64,000 nt of DNA, taken from positions 186,001 to 250,000 of IMG/VR virus record IMGVR_UViG_3300046516_001816, one strand, 5' to 3'. Position 1 is the stretch's first letter. The number at the start of each line of letters is the position of its first letter. Shown piece by piece: positions 1 through 9,617 of this stretch. The notes beneath the pieces are model-generated. The model saw only the letters and a program-made list of their open reading frames with translations, was not told the origin of the DNA and ran no database searches. Made by a program: the position numbers and the translations under genes.

Positions 1-366
1 CAGGGCACGGCGGCGTCTCATGCTGCCCAGCTGGCGGGGGCGTTGTCCAATTCGGAAGGCGGGGCGTACACCTACACGGTGGGCGCGAAAGATACCTACA
101 ACGCCACGATACCGATCCCGGCGAACTACAAGATCCAAGCAGTCCAGGTCGAGGCGTATTTCACGCGCTACGGCAACTCGGGTGCCAATGCATCGGTGGG
201 GATTCTGAGCGGTACGCACGAAGTGGATTCGCCGGCTGTATCGGCGATGAGTGCGACGGTCCCGTCGTATGCGAGCTTGATGCAAAACGTGGATCCGAAT
301 ACCGGCGCCCAGTGGACGATTGCGGGCCTTCAGGCAGCGAAGCTGACGATCAATAAGCTGACCTAA
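1..366 (+). CDS. C-terminal part of a putative virion/tail protein (5'-truncated by the window edge)
   Basis: Frame is open from base 1 to TAA at 366; ends in NVDPNTGAQWTIAGLQAA, a motif type seen in phage tail-associated proteins. Confidence 0.55.
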   Translation, partial: QGTAASHAAQLAGALSNSEGGAYTYTVGAKDTYNATIPIPANYKIQAVQVEAYFTRYGNSGANASVGILSGTHEVDSPAVSAMSATVPSYASLMQNVDPNTGAQWTIAGLQAAKLTINKLT

Positions 367-376
367 GGAGGCGGGT

Positions 377-991
377 ATGACCACAGGTGTATACGCCCAA
401 GGGGTCAATGGCCAGTATCTTGCCCAGCAGATCACCTCCGTGCGCATTGGCGGGGTGAATGGACAAGTGCTGGCGCAGTTTTCCCCGAAGTCGGTAAAGA
501 CGCGTGCGACTAACGGTCAGATGTTGGTGTCAGCCCCCAGTGCCATTAATGTCCAGGCAGTCAATGGTCAGGTACTGGCGTATCGGTCAGGCGTGAAAGC
601 ATCAGGCGCCGGCATACAGGTGATGACCAAAGCCAAAGGTGCGGTGATTTCACAAGGCGTCGGCGTCCAGGTACTGCTGAAGCAGCCGGGGGGTGTGGAA
701 GTCATTCGTGCTAACATGCAGGTGTTGGTGCGTTCACGCTCTGCAATGCAAGCCCAGGCTGTGGGCGGGCAGATGCTGGTGAGTAAGCTGCTGGATGTGC
801 GTACGACCCAAGTCATGATGGAAGTGATTGGGGAAGTGCCGCCATACTTACCGGTCACTGGGGTGAACCTGGAAGTCATCGGGGCAGGGTTCCCGGCGGC
901 TCCCCTGAAGCAAGTGACGCTCGAAGTGATTGGCGCCACGACCCTTCCGTACCAGAGCCCTGGACAGACGGTCACGTGGTGGAGCAGCTAA
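377..991 (+). CDS. Putative virion structural protein with internal ~18-aa repeats
   Basis: AGGAGG RBS; repeated units such as GVNGQYLA, GVNGQVLA, ATNGQMLV, AVNGQVLA, AVGGQMLV. Confidence 0.6.
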   Translation: MTTGVYAQGVNGQYLAQQITSVRIGGVNGQVLAQFSPKSVKTRATNGQMLVSAPSAINVQAVNGQVLAYRSGVKASGAGIQVMTKAKGAVISQGVGVQVLLKQPGGVEVIRANMQVLVRSRSAMQAQAVGGQMLVSKLLDVRTTQVMMEVIGEVPPYLPVTGVNLEVIGAGFPAAPLKQVTLEVIGATTLPYQSPGQTVTWWSS

Positions 992-1160
992 GCAAAATTT
1001 ACTGTCCACCGGTATCCTCTGGAGAAGGGATCGGGGAAGTTTGAGCCCTCGAGCATCGCTGGTTGCTTCTCTGTTTCTTTCATGAGAAACGTCATTAGAC
1101 CCACGCCCTTTGCCGGGTGTGGGCCTTTTTTCCCTCAATTGCCTTTTCAGGACTATTTTG

Positions 1161-1550
1161 ATGAGTTATCATCCCGGCGCGATTTTGATGGACCTGCATC
1201 CCGCGATTCGTAAACTGCAAGACCGGGTGCTCATTGAAATGGAAGTTGCGTGTTCAGACGACGGTGCGGCGTATTTTACCGACCAGTTAATCGAAGACGT
1301 AGTGTCCTGTATCGATCAAGAAAATATGGCGATGAGTTGTTTGTATGACTACGCCGATCGCCAGAAGCAATCCCTGCTCGATTGTGGTCGAGACGCAGAA
1401 GCCCAGCGCATGGCCAGCGAGATTGTGGACTTTGGTCGTGACCTGATTAATAACTTCAAGGAGCATCGCGTCTACGAGAACGGACAGCTGAACTACGTCT
1501 TCTCGGGACGCTGTGCGAGTAAGACCTTGATCTTATCGCGGTACTGTTAA
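1161..1550 (+). CDS. Hypothetical protein, paralog of 7657-8019
   Basis: ORF with a C-terminal RVY..G...Y.F.GR...KTLIL motif shared with 7657-8019. Confidence 0.65.
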   Translation: MSYHPGAILMDLHPAIRKLQDRVLIEMEVACSDDGAAYFTDQLIEDVVSCIDQENMAMSCLYDYADRQKQSLLDCGRDAEAQRMASEIVDFGRDLINNFKEHRVYENGQLNYVFSGRCASKTLILSRYC

Positions 1551-1564
1551 ATTAAGAAAAACCA

Positions 1565-2335
1565 ATGCGAAAAAACTACATAGAACGAATGATCGCTGCC
1601 TCGGGACCGAACGGGCAGCATCCGCTGGTATTGTTCTCAGGCGGCATGGATTCCACCATGCTCTTGCAAGAGCTCCTGCAATCGATGCACGTGTACACCT
1701 TTTACGTAGAAGCCAATCAGCACCCGCACAAGGTGACGCGCGAACGGGAAGCGCGAGACAATCTGCGTCGCATGTTTTACGATCGTTACGATTACGGCAT
1801 TCAGGACGACTTTGAATTCGAGCTGAACGAGGTGTTTGTCCAGACCAACAACTATGCGATGGTGCAACCGATCAGCTGGTTGACCGCAGCCCTGATTAAG
1901 TTTGATCCGTCGCGGCACTCGGGCGTGGCGATTGGCTATTTGCTGGGCGATCAAGCCCCAGCGTTTCGTCGGGAGATGGAAGACTTCTGGCGTTCAGGCT
2001 GGGCGTTGTTGCGCGGCATGCAAGAACCCGCTCCGCCCTTGTGGTTCCCGTTGTTGGACCACGGCTACACCAAGTACGAAGTGCTCAAGCGACTGAGTCA
2101 CGACCTGATGAGCAATACGTGGGTATGTGAAAATCCCCACAAGTACGACAACCAGATTGTTGAATGCAAGCACTGCAAGCCGTGTCAGCTGTTGCGGGCG
2201 ACGCTGGATGACTGGCGAGATCATCACACCGAAGAACATCCGTATCGAACGCTCCTGTCTGTGCATGCTGGTCAACTGAAGTTTGACTTCGTTGAAGAAG
2301 ACGACAACGACTGTGACCTTAAAGCCGCAGCGTAA
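1565..2335 (+). CDS. queC: QueC-like (7-cyano-7-deazaguanine synthase family) PP-loop ATPase
   Basis: VLFSGGMDST PP-loop; C-terminal CENP...CKHCKPC zinc site. Confidence 0.75.
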   Translation: MRKNYIERMIAASGPNGQHPLVLFSGGMDSTMLLQELLQSMHVYTFYVEANQHPHKVTREREARDNLRRMFYDRYDYGIQDDFEFELNEVFVQTNNYAMVQPISWLTAALIKFDPSRHSGVAIGYLLGDQAPAFRREMEDFWRSGWALLRGMQEPAPPLWFPLLDHGYTKYEVLKRLSHDLMSNTWVCENPHKYDNQIVECKHCKPCQLLRATLDDWRDHHTEEHPYRTLLSVHAGQLKFDFVEEDDNDCDLKAAA

Positions 2336-2450
2336 GAAAAACAATAGATAAGTGGGATTGAAAATAAAAATAGACTTATATAACGTCTATGAGCGTAACC
2401 CTAAGAAATGCTCACTAATCCCATTACTCTTTATAAAGTCTGAAAACAAA

Positions 2451-4646
2451 ATGAACAACAAACTCCTTTCTGCTTTGCTCATCGGTTTCTTTGCTTCGTC
2501 GTCCGCGATGGCCAGCTGCGGCAACGGTAGTAGCGGCAATGGCTGCTCGGGCAGCTCGCCGGAGACGATCAGTTCGGTGAATATCAACGGCACTACCGTC
2601 ACAACGAAGCTTTCGGACGGCAGTTCGGTTTCGGGTTCGGTCACGGGTCTGGCGACGTCCGCGCAACTCAGCACCACCAACAACAACGTCGCGGTGAACA
2701 CCGCATCTATCAACGGCATGCAGACGCAGCTCAACAGCGCCACGTCGGGCTTGAGCAACGTCTCCCAAGGTCTGGTCGCTGAAGGCAATCGCGCTGTCGC
2801 AGCTGAGGCGGGTCTTCAGTCGCAACTGAACGGAGCCATTTCGCAAGCAGGTGCCGCCATCGGTGGCCTGCAAGCTGCGCAAACGCAAACGCAGACCCAG
2901 GTCAACGCGAACACCGCAGCGATCTCGGCTAACGCTGATCAAATCGTCGCCGTGGGCAATGCCGTGACTTCGGAAAGCACGCGCGCCAGCGCCGCTGAAG
3001 GAACGCTCGCGGGTGGTGTGGCAGCCAACTCGGTAGCCGTCGTCGCTGAAACGAGCCGCGCAACCACTGCTGAAGGTGGCCTGCAATCGCAAATCACCGC
3101 GACGAATTCGCAGGTTGCCTCCAACACGTCGGCGATCGGGACCAACGCGCAAGCTATCTCCGCGGAGACGCAACGCGCGACCGCTGCTGAAACGACCATC
3201 AAGGCCCAAGCCACGGGCGCCATGGCTACGGCCAGCAGCGCGCTGGACAACTCCAACACGGCCATGAACACGGCCAATGCTGCGAGCACCACGGCCGGTC
3301 AAGCGAAGTCGATCGCTAATGGTGCGGACGCCAAGGCCAACACAGCCGTCGGTATCGCCACGGGCGCAGCGATCACGGCAACTGGTGCCGCTATCGTCGC
3401 GGGTCACGCAGAAGGTGTTGCAGAAGGTGCAGCTGCGCAAGCTAAGACGGCAACGTCGACGGCGAACACGGCATTGAGCCAGTCGGGTCAGGCACTGAAT
3501 GCTGCATCGAACGCAGGCACGGCAGCGGCGGCTGCACAAGTCACGGCCAATCAAGGCGTGGCGAATGCAGCGCATGCTCAGGGCACGGCCAATGCAGCAC
3601 TGGCTGCCGCGAAGGATGCGGATGCGGACGCGGATCACGCGCAAGCGACGGCTAACCATGCTGACAAGGCAGCCGCGGCTGCTCAGTCGACGGGCAATGC
3701 CGCCCTGTCGCTGGCAGGTACGGCGCAAGCCACGGGTACGGCTGCACTGACGCTCGCTGGTCAAGGTGTGGCGGCTGCCGGCAAAGCACAAGCCACGGCT
3801 AACGTAGCGTTGGGTGTAGGTATTGCAGCAGGGGCAGCTGCCGCGCATGCGCAAGGTACCGCGAATGCAGCTCTGACGGCCACGGGTGCAGAAACCAGCC
3901 GGGCGACAGCCGCAGAGCAACACCTGCAATCGCAGACGACGGCCAATGCATCGGCTATCTCGAGCGAAACGTCGCGCGCTTCGGCTGCTGAAGCGAACCT
4001 GCAAAAGCAGACCACGTCGAACACGAAGGCTATCAAGTCGGAAAGCCAACGTGCTCAAGCTGCGGAAGCCACGAACGCTCATGCCATCTCGGCAGAAACG
4101 TCACGTGCAACTGCGGCTGAAACGAATCTGCAAAAGCAAACCGATGCCAACGGGAAGGCTATCACCACCGAGTCCGCTCGGGCCCAGGGCGCCGAAGCCG
4201 GTATCCAGTCGCAAGTGACGACGCAAGGCAGCAGCATCACCGATCTGCAACAGAAGCAAGCGAATGACACGGTCGCTCAGGCAAAAGCCATGGTCGACAC
4301 GTCGGCGCAAGATCGTGCGTATGCGCAATCGCTGCAACACGATGCCATTCAGCAGTCCCAGCAGTATACGGACATGAAGTTCAATCAAGCTGAAGCGGAT
4401 ATCTCGAAGCTGCGTAGCGATATGTACGGTGGTGTCGCGTCGGCCCTGGCAGTTGCAGGTCTGCCGCAAGCTACGCCGGGTCACACGCTGGTGGGTGGTG
4501 CTGCATCGACCTACCATGGCCAACAAGCCCTGGCGTTCGGTGCGTCGTTCGCCACTGCCAATGAGCACTGGATTGTCAAGGCCGCAGTGACCACGAATAC
4601 CCGTGGTGACTTCGGTGCAGTGATCGGTGCGGGTCGTCAGTTCTAA
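2451..4646 (+). CDS. YadA-type trimeric autotransporter adhesin
   Basis: Signal peptide MNNKLLSALLIGFFASSSAMA; Ala-rich coiled-coil stalk with E(T/S)xRAxAAE repeats; YTD motif; C-terminal anchor GGVASALAVAGLPQ...GAGRQF ending in Phe. Confidence 0.9.
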   Translation: MNNKLLSALLIGFFASSSAMASCGNGSSGNGCSGSSPETISSVNINGTTVTTKLSDGSSVSGSVTGLATSAQLSTTNNNVAVNTASINGMQTQLNSATSGLSNVSQGLVAEGNRAVAAEAGLQSQLNGAISQAGAAIGGLQAAQTQTQTQVNANTAAISANADQIVAVGNAVTSESTRASAAEGTLAGGVAANSVAVVAETSRATTAEGGLQSQITATNSQVASNTSAIGTNAQAISAETQRATAAETTIKAQATGAMATASSALDNSNTAMNTANAASTTAGQAKSIANGADAKANTAVGIATGAAITATGAAIVAGHAEGVAEGAAAQAKTATSTANTALSQSGQALNAASNAGTAAAAAQVTANQGVANAAHAQGTANAALAAAKDADADADHAQATANHADKAAAAAQSTGNAALSLAGTAQATGTAALTLAGQGVAAAGKAQATANVALGVGIAAGAAAAHAQGTANAALTATGAETSRATAAEQHLQSQTTANASAISSETSRASAAEANLQKQTTSNTKAIKSESQRAQAAEATNAHAISAETSRATAAETNLQKQTDANGKAITTESARAQGAEAGIQSQVTTQGSSITDLQQKQANDTVAQAKAMVDTSAQDRAYAQSLQHDAIQQSQQYTDMKFNQAEADISKLRSDMYGGVASALAVAGLPQATPGHTLVGGAASTYHGQQALAFGASFATANEHWIVKAAVTTNTRGDFGAVIGAGRQF

Positions 4647-4660
4647 GCGGTAACGCAAAA

Positions 4661-4690
4661 AGGAGGGCACTTCGGTGTCCTTCTTTTTTT
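4661..4690 (+). terminator. Intrinsic terminator
   Basis: GGAGGGCAC-TTCG-GTGTCCTTC hairpin followed by a T-run. Confidence 0.8.
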
Positions 4691-4723
4691 GTATGCCGTG
4701 ACGATTGCAGATTAAAATGGCCA

Positions 4724-4731
4724 CATATTAC
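4724..4731 (+). promoter_or_regulatory. phiKZ-type early promoter-like motif (CATATTAC)
   Basis: One mismatch to TATATTAC; AT-rich context between a terminator and the next gene. Confidence 0.5.
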
Positions 4732-4791
4732 CACCTTGGACAATGCCATCAAGGTAAGTCCTAACTCTTATCCTAAACCAAGGTGAACGCT

Positions 4792-5223
4792 ATGAACAAC
4801 GCATCGGACCTCAAGAAAGAAATGAACATGACCACGGGTATGCTGGTCTTGCTGAACATTATCACGCTCGGCATCTATCCCGTGATCTGGATGTACAAGC
4901 ACGCGAAGGTCGCGAACGCCATCGTGGGCGACCAGCTCTACAGCGACCTGTTCGTCACGGTGCAGGCCGTGCTCGTGGTGCTGAACGTGCTGTGTTTGTT
5001 CACGGGCTACGGCTCGATCTTCGGCTTGATCGCTGGCATCGTCTGGGTGATCTGGGCTTTCAAAGCCAAGAACATTCTCACGACCTACGCGGCCAAGCAA
5101 CTGGGCATCGATTTACGCATGAACAGCGTGTGGACCTTTTTCTTCACGGTGTTCTACGTCCAGTACTGCATCAACGATTTGCCGAATGCCGCTGCGCGAC
5201 AAACGGCTCTGCGCGCTGTCTAA
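4792..5223 (+). CDS. DUF4234-like membrane protein
   Basis: LLNIITLGIYPVIWMYK motif and several hydrophobic helices. Confidence 0.7.
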   Translation: MNNASDLKKEMNMTTGMLVLLNIITLGIYPVIWMYKHAKVANAIVGDQLYSDLFVTVQAVLVVLNVLCLFTGYGSIFGLIAGIVWVIWAFKAKNILTTYAAKQLGIDLRMNSVWTFFFTVFYVQYCINDLPNAAARQTALRAV

Positions 5224-5301
5224 CGACATCCGCCCGAGAGGGAGCGCTCACAAGGCGTTCCTTTTCTTTCTGTGTTTAACTCAGTTTATGGGAGGCAAGT
5301 C

Positions 5302-5757
5302 ATGGCTGATGAAGTCTGTAAAAATAACCGCGGACGTTTCGGATGTCACAACGTGGTCACAGATGGCGGTGTCAATGACTCCGGGTATTGCGAGAACTGC
5401 TACACCCCGGAGACCGCTGAGAAGAATGCAGAGTACGAGCGTTATCTCGTCGAAGGCCACAGTCACACGGAAGCCGCGCTGCTCTCAGGGCTCGAGGAAG
5501 TCCAGCACGTGCAAGTGCTCGGCGGTGAGATCGCCCCGGACAATGTCATCGCAGAAACCGGCACGGAATTCGAAGTGCCCGCGCGTCGATATGGTAGCAC
5601 GCCGATCACCACGCCGGAGCAGGACGCCGCCGAGCTGCGTGATCACAGTGACGACGACGATGACGAAGGCGACGATGAAGAAGCACTCGAAGACGCAGGC
5701 ACCTGCCGGCTGCTCGACGAGATTGAAGAAGAGAACGATAGACCGGAGATTGCCTAA
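5302..5757 (+). CDS. Hypothetical acidic protein with an N-terminal Cys cluster
   Basis: GGAGG RBS; CxxC (CENC) and D/E-rich tail. Confidence 0.7.
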   Translation: MADEVCKNNRGRFGCHNVVTDGGVNDSGYCENCYTPETAEKNAEYERYLVEGHSHTEAALLSGLEEVQHVQVLGGEIAPDNVIAETGTEFEVPARRYGSTPITTPEQDAAELRDHSDDDDDEGDDEEALEDAGTCRLLDEIEEENDRPEIA

Positions 5758-5823
5758 GCTTTCTCTGGCCGTAAACAAACATAATGAGGGACGCAGCTAA
5801 GAACTGACGTCTTATATTGGAAT

Positions 5824-6081
5824 ATGCGTATTCACTCTGCCCATACCAGCCGTTACGTTATGGATGTGTCCGTTGTGGCCGCATCTGGTATTCGGGAGTT
5901 TTACCATGTGTCGGGCTTCGAATTTGAAAGCGAAGCGCTCGACAAACGCGAAGTCATGAAAGAAGGTCAAACGCAGTTTCTCAACAACCTGAAGGCGTGC
6001 GTCTCACGCAATCCGTTCGTGGCCCAGCGTCTGGGTCGACTGCGTTACAAACTGCGCACTTCGCGCATCCGAGCAGCTTAA
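5824..6081 (+). CDS. Hypothetical protein
   Basis: ORF followed by a hairpin terminator. Confidence 0.6.
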   Translation: MRIHSAHTSRYVMDVSVVAASGIREFYHVSGFEFESEALDKREVMKEGQTQFLNNLKACVSRNPFVAQRLGRLRYKLRTSRIRAA

Positions 6082-6145
6082 CCCCGGGACGGCCTTCGGG
6101 CTGTCCCTTTATGCCGTCTTAATAACACTAAACCACGGAGTCATT

Positions 6146-6628
6146 ATGTCGATCAAGAAAGCAGTCGTTTTGGGGGTCGTCGCGTCCGCTGTATTGATGG
6201 GCGTGATGGGTCATGCGTTTGCCCAGGCCAGCAACTACGCCTACAGTCCTCAGACCTTAAATGAGGATGAAACGATGGTGGAGGATCAGCCCAGTTACGA
6301 ATGGTCCCCGCCGCGTCCTCAGCAGCAACCGTATATCCAGCAGTATCGCCCGGTGCAGCCGCCGGTCTATCAACCCCCGGCGCAGTATCGCCCGGACCCC
6401 TATGCATATGCACCGCCCCCTGTCGTCGTGGTCGCCCCGGCGCCTGTGTACGTACCGCCGCCTCCCGGGGCAGTGGTGTACGCACCCGGCGTGCCGCCGG
6501 CGTTGGCCACGGGCTACTGGCCGCGAGGCTATAATCCATATCGGGCGCCCCGCCCCTATGGCGGTCGAACCTATGGTGGCTATGCGCAGCCGTCGGTAGG
6601 GATCACCATTCAAGGGAACTGGCGTTAA
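6146..6628 (+). CDS. Secreted proline-rich protein
   Basis: Signal peptide ending HAFAQ; P/Y/Q-rich body; GITIQGNWR C-terminus. Confidence 0.7.
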   Translation: MSIKKAVVLGVVASAVLMGVMGHAFAQASNYAYSPQTLNEDETMVEDQPSYEWSPPRPQQQPYIQQYRPVQPPVYQPPAQYRPDPYAYAPPPVVVVAPAPVYVPPPPGAVVYAPGVPPALATGYWPRGYNPYRAPRPYGGRTYGGYAQPSVGITIQGNWR

Positions 6629-6755
6629 GTGTACGGCCCAGCTGTTCCAAGGAACAGCGGTGTGTTTGGAGGGCATCTTCGGGTGCCCTCTTTTTTTGCT
6701 TCTTCCTCTTTTTACCTTATCGATGAATGATCTGGTAAGGCACAACGACAAGACT

Positions 6756-7295
6756 ATGAACATTACCCAAGACGGACAATATCCCGATTCGCAGTACGCC
6801 TTGCTGGCGCCGCTGCTCCAAGCGATCTATGCGGACATTCAACAGCGGGGGTTTCGCTGGCCGAAGTTTGAGCCACAGATAACGCAGTTGCCCCCGGATA
6901 ATCCGGCCGATGCCTACGCGCTCGGGATCTACGATCGCATGGCTTTTATGTGGCTGCGCCATGTTTCACCCAATGGCCTGGTCGAGATGAACTTCGGTTC
7001 CGGGGGTCGGCAGTTTGGTCCCACGCGACTGAATCAAGCGATGCCGATTCCCGAAGCGTATACCGCGCTGATGAGCTTGCTGACGGTCACGTGGCTCACG
7101 CGTGTGTTAAATCAGGTGGATCTCGCCCCCTGGAATGTCGCTCAGATTAAGGCGTTCTATCCGGAGGTGGTGAACAATCCGCTGCACAGTAACGTTTTAC
7201 GTACGTTCAGCCATCTTGTGCTGGAGCTCAATGAAGACCTTTTCTCGAGCACCACGAATACGGTTGGGGTCGCATACGAACCTGACGGGGAATGA
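6756..7295 (+). CDS. Hypothetical protein
   Basis: ORF overlapping the next start (ATGA); exact start uncertain. Confidence 0.6.
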   Translation: MNITQDGQYPDSQYALLAPLLQAIYADIQQRGFRWPKFEPQITQLPPDNPADAYALGIYDRMAFMWLRHVSPNGLVEMNFGSGGRQFGPTRLNQAMPIPEAYTALMSLLTVTWLTRVLNQVDLAPWNVAQIKAFYPEVVNNPLHSNVLRTFSHLVLELNEDLFSSTTNTVGVAYEPDGE

Positions 7296-7660
7296 CCAAC
7301 ACAGGAATGGCTGTCATGTACAACATCTGCTTTGTTCGCGACGACGAGATCGTCGGCTACCTGGGCTATAACGGCCCGGACGAGGAAGTCCTTCAGGCTG
7401 ACAAGAAAGCGGCGCTTGCGCTGCATGACTTGAAAACAGCCAGTAAGCGAGCACGTTCGTTTTTGGCGCAGGCCCTGCCCGGTGCGCTGCGCAATATCGA
7501 AGACCGTGAGCAGATCATGCTGGACCTCTGCACCAAAAGCGTCACCCTGAGCGAAGACCGCACGCACCTCATCGTGGAAGTGGCGAAGAAGATTCTGATT
7601 CGCGTGGTGAGTGGCGCCACCGGCAATGCGGTGGAGACTTACGAATACGAACCTCAATGA
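7292..7660 (+). CDS. Hypothetical protein
   Basis: Translationally coupled ORF. Confidence 0.65.
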   Translation: MTNTGMAVMYNICFVRDDEIVGYLGYNGPDEEVLQADKKAALALHDLKTASKRARSFLAQALPGALRNIEDREQIMLDLCTKSVTLSEDRTHLIVEVAKKILIRVVSGATGNAVETYEYEPQ

Positions 7661-8019
7661 TCCCTGAATACCTTGTCATGGACGCGGTCGACGAAGTGTC
7701 GATTCTCGATACGTGGCTGGGACACTGGAACTACCCCGAGCATCACGTGGATCGGATCCTCGGAGCGATTTATCAGCGTTTGAAGAATCGCTCCGAGGCC
7801 ATGTGTTTGCTGGACGAGTACCTGGAGTACCTGAGCCAGCGTCAGTATGCGCCGCACGAAATGGACATGATTGGTCCGTCAGTGACCAATCTGTTTAAAG
7901 CCAGCTATCATCAGTTGCTGGACATCCGGGTGTATCACCCTAACGGAAGAATGTACTACGACTTTGGAGGTCGCCAACACCGCAACAAGACGCTGATCCT
8001 AGCGTACTCGGCTGAATAA
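7657..8019 (+). CDS. Hypothetical protein, paralog of 1161-1550
   Basis: Coupled ORF; shared C-terminal motif. Confidence 0.65.
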   Translation: MIPEYLVMDAVDEVSILDTWLGHWNYPEHHVDRILGAIYQRLKNRSEAMCLLDEYLEYLSQRQYAPHEMDMIGPSVTNLFKASYHQLLDIRVYHPNGRMYYDFGGRQHRNKTLILAYSAE

Positions 8020-8065
8020 AGAACACATCAGGCATATATCATCTCTAAGTACCCCTTAGGAGTGA

Positions 8066-8539
8066 ATGATGAAGATTGAAGACTTTTTGAACATGCCGAA
8101 CCGGGCCGTGATAGCGACGTTCTATATCGTGCTCGCTGAAGATTTGGTGGTCAATGGCAAGGAAGACTTGTGGAAACCTTTCGTGAAGGAAGGCGACCAG
8201 GCGACCCTGGGGCTGGTCGACGACATCGTCTTGGCGATGATTCACCAGAACACCGCGGCGAAGAAAGCGCGCTATTTGAAGTGTGAGCGCGCGAACCTGT
8301 ACTCGGTTGACGTGGTGGTGCTCAATCCCCTGTGTGTCACCACCCACGACACCGCACCCTACGACACCTTTCTCGACGAGTTCAAGCGCAACGAAGCGCC
8401 GCTGGGAATGGTCAATCCGGTGCACGACGCGGTAGTGTATATCCCGTCTCAGCCCTCCGACATGCGGCGCGAGCTCACGCTGCTCGATCCGGCGAATCAG
8501 GTGCTCTCGTGTCGCTTTGTCGAGACGCTGGAAACATAA
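8066..8539 (+). CDS. Hypothetical protein, paralog of the N-terminal half of 8565-9596
   Basis: AVIATFY...LYSVDVVV versus PVIATFY...LYAVDCLI. Confidence 0.65.
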   Translation: MMKIEDFLNMPNRAVIATFYIVLAEDLVVNGKEDLWKPFVKEGDQATLGLVDDIVLAMIHQNTAAKKARYLKCERANLYSVDVVVLNPLCVTTHDTAPYDTFLDEFKRNEAPLGMVNPVHDAVVYIPSQPSDMRRELTLLDPANQVLSCRFVETLET

Positions 8540-8564
8540 CACATCTAAACCAAGGAGTAGCGTC

Positions 8565-9596
8565 ATGCGTTTTGAAGAAATGCGTTACGGACTCATTAAG
8601 CCCGTTATTGCCACGTTCTACCACTGGCACAGTCCGGATACCCGCGGGGCCGCGGGTCGTCTCACCAAGGACATGATCGACAACGATCAACCTTTCTATG
8701 TTTCCGATGACATTCATACTTGGGCCTCCCCGTGGCTCGAGGGCTGCAAGCTCTATGCAGTGGACTGTCTGATCGCGAAACCCTTCCCCTTGTTTGAACA
8801 GTTCATCCCCCGTGAACTGATGAACGGCATCGAAGCGGACATTCTGTTTAAACGCGAGCTCTTCGACTCGGTGATCTATACCCCGCACCCCTTTGGTCGG
8901 GGACATCGCGAGATGGCGCTCTTGCGTCCGAAGCAGCAGATCCTCTCGATTGTGCCGATCACCTACAATGTTGACGAGATCAAGCGTCACCAGAAAACCG
9001 CGGGTTGGAACTGGACCACGTTGATGGGCTGGCATAATGGCGAAGTCGTCCCGCCCTGGGAAGAACAGCCGGAGATGCCATATGACGCTGAGCTGAGTAT
9101 GCTGCGCAAGCAGAACAACGAGTTCCATCAGTTCATGAACAAACTGATGACGACCTTGTTGCAAGCCGAAGCCGATGATCGGTCCGAGGCGCAAGAAGAC
9201 GATACTGAACCGTGTCTGTCGCCTGCCACGCAAGCACTCGCTCAACGCGACATCGAGAACCGGATTCGCACCCAGCCTCCCCATGTGCCTGAGTCCAAGC
9301 TGGCACAACAACCCGAGCCCGAGAATCCCCTTACCGCGCTCGAGAAGGCGGCCATGCATGAGCGGATCCAACTGATCAAGACGTTCCCGCCTGAATTCGC
9401 CGCCCAGCAAAAGGCGGCCGCCCACGCAGAAGGGTTCGAGCTCGATCCGGATCAGATCGTCATCGGTGGCTGGGTCTATGACTGGCGTAACAGCATCGAG
9501 GAAATTATCGATGCCTTGCAAAATGACACGCCGGCGCGCAACGCATTAAAGGAGTACACGTTTCACGTAGGTAGTGTGAACGTGGGACTATTCTAA
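8565..9596 (+). CDS. Hypothetical protein
   Basis: TAAACCAAGGAG leader; long ORF. Confidence 0.7.
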   Translation: MRFEEMRYGLIKPVIATFYHWHSPDTRGAAGRLTKDMIDNDQPFYVSDDIHTWASPWLEGCKLYAVDCLIAKPFPLFEQFIPRELMNGIEADILFKRELFDSVIYTPHPFGRGHREMALLRPKQQILSIVPITYNVDEIKRHQKTAGWNWTTLMGWHNGEVVPPWEEQPEMPYDAELSMLRKQNNEFHQFMNKLMTTLLQAEADDRSEAQEDDTEPCLSPATQALAQRDIENRIRTQPPHVPESKLAQQPEPENPLTALEKAAMHERIQLIKTFPPEFAAQQKAAAHAEGFELDPDQIVIGGWVYDWRNSIEEIIDALQNDTPARNALKEYTFHVGSVNVGLF

Positions 9597-9617
9597 CACC
9601 AAGGAAAAAAAGACAGC

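Noticed and set aside
1565-2335. 7-deazaguanine DNA modification cluster
   Set aside because: Only the QueC-like gene is present in this window; no folE, queD, queE or dpdA was seen.
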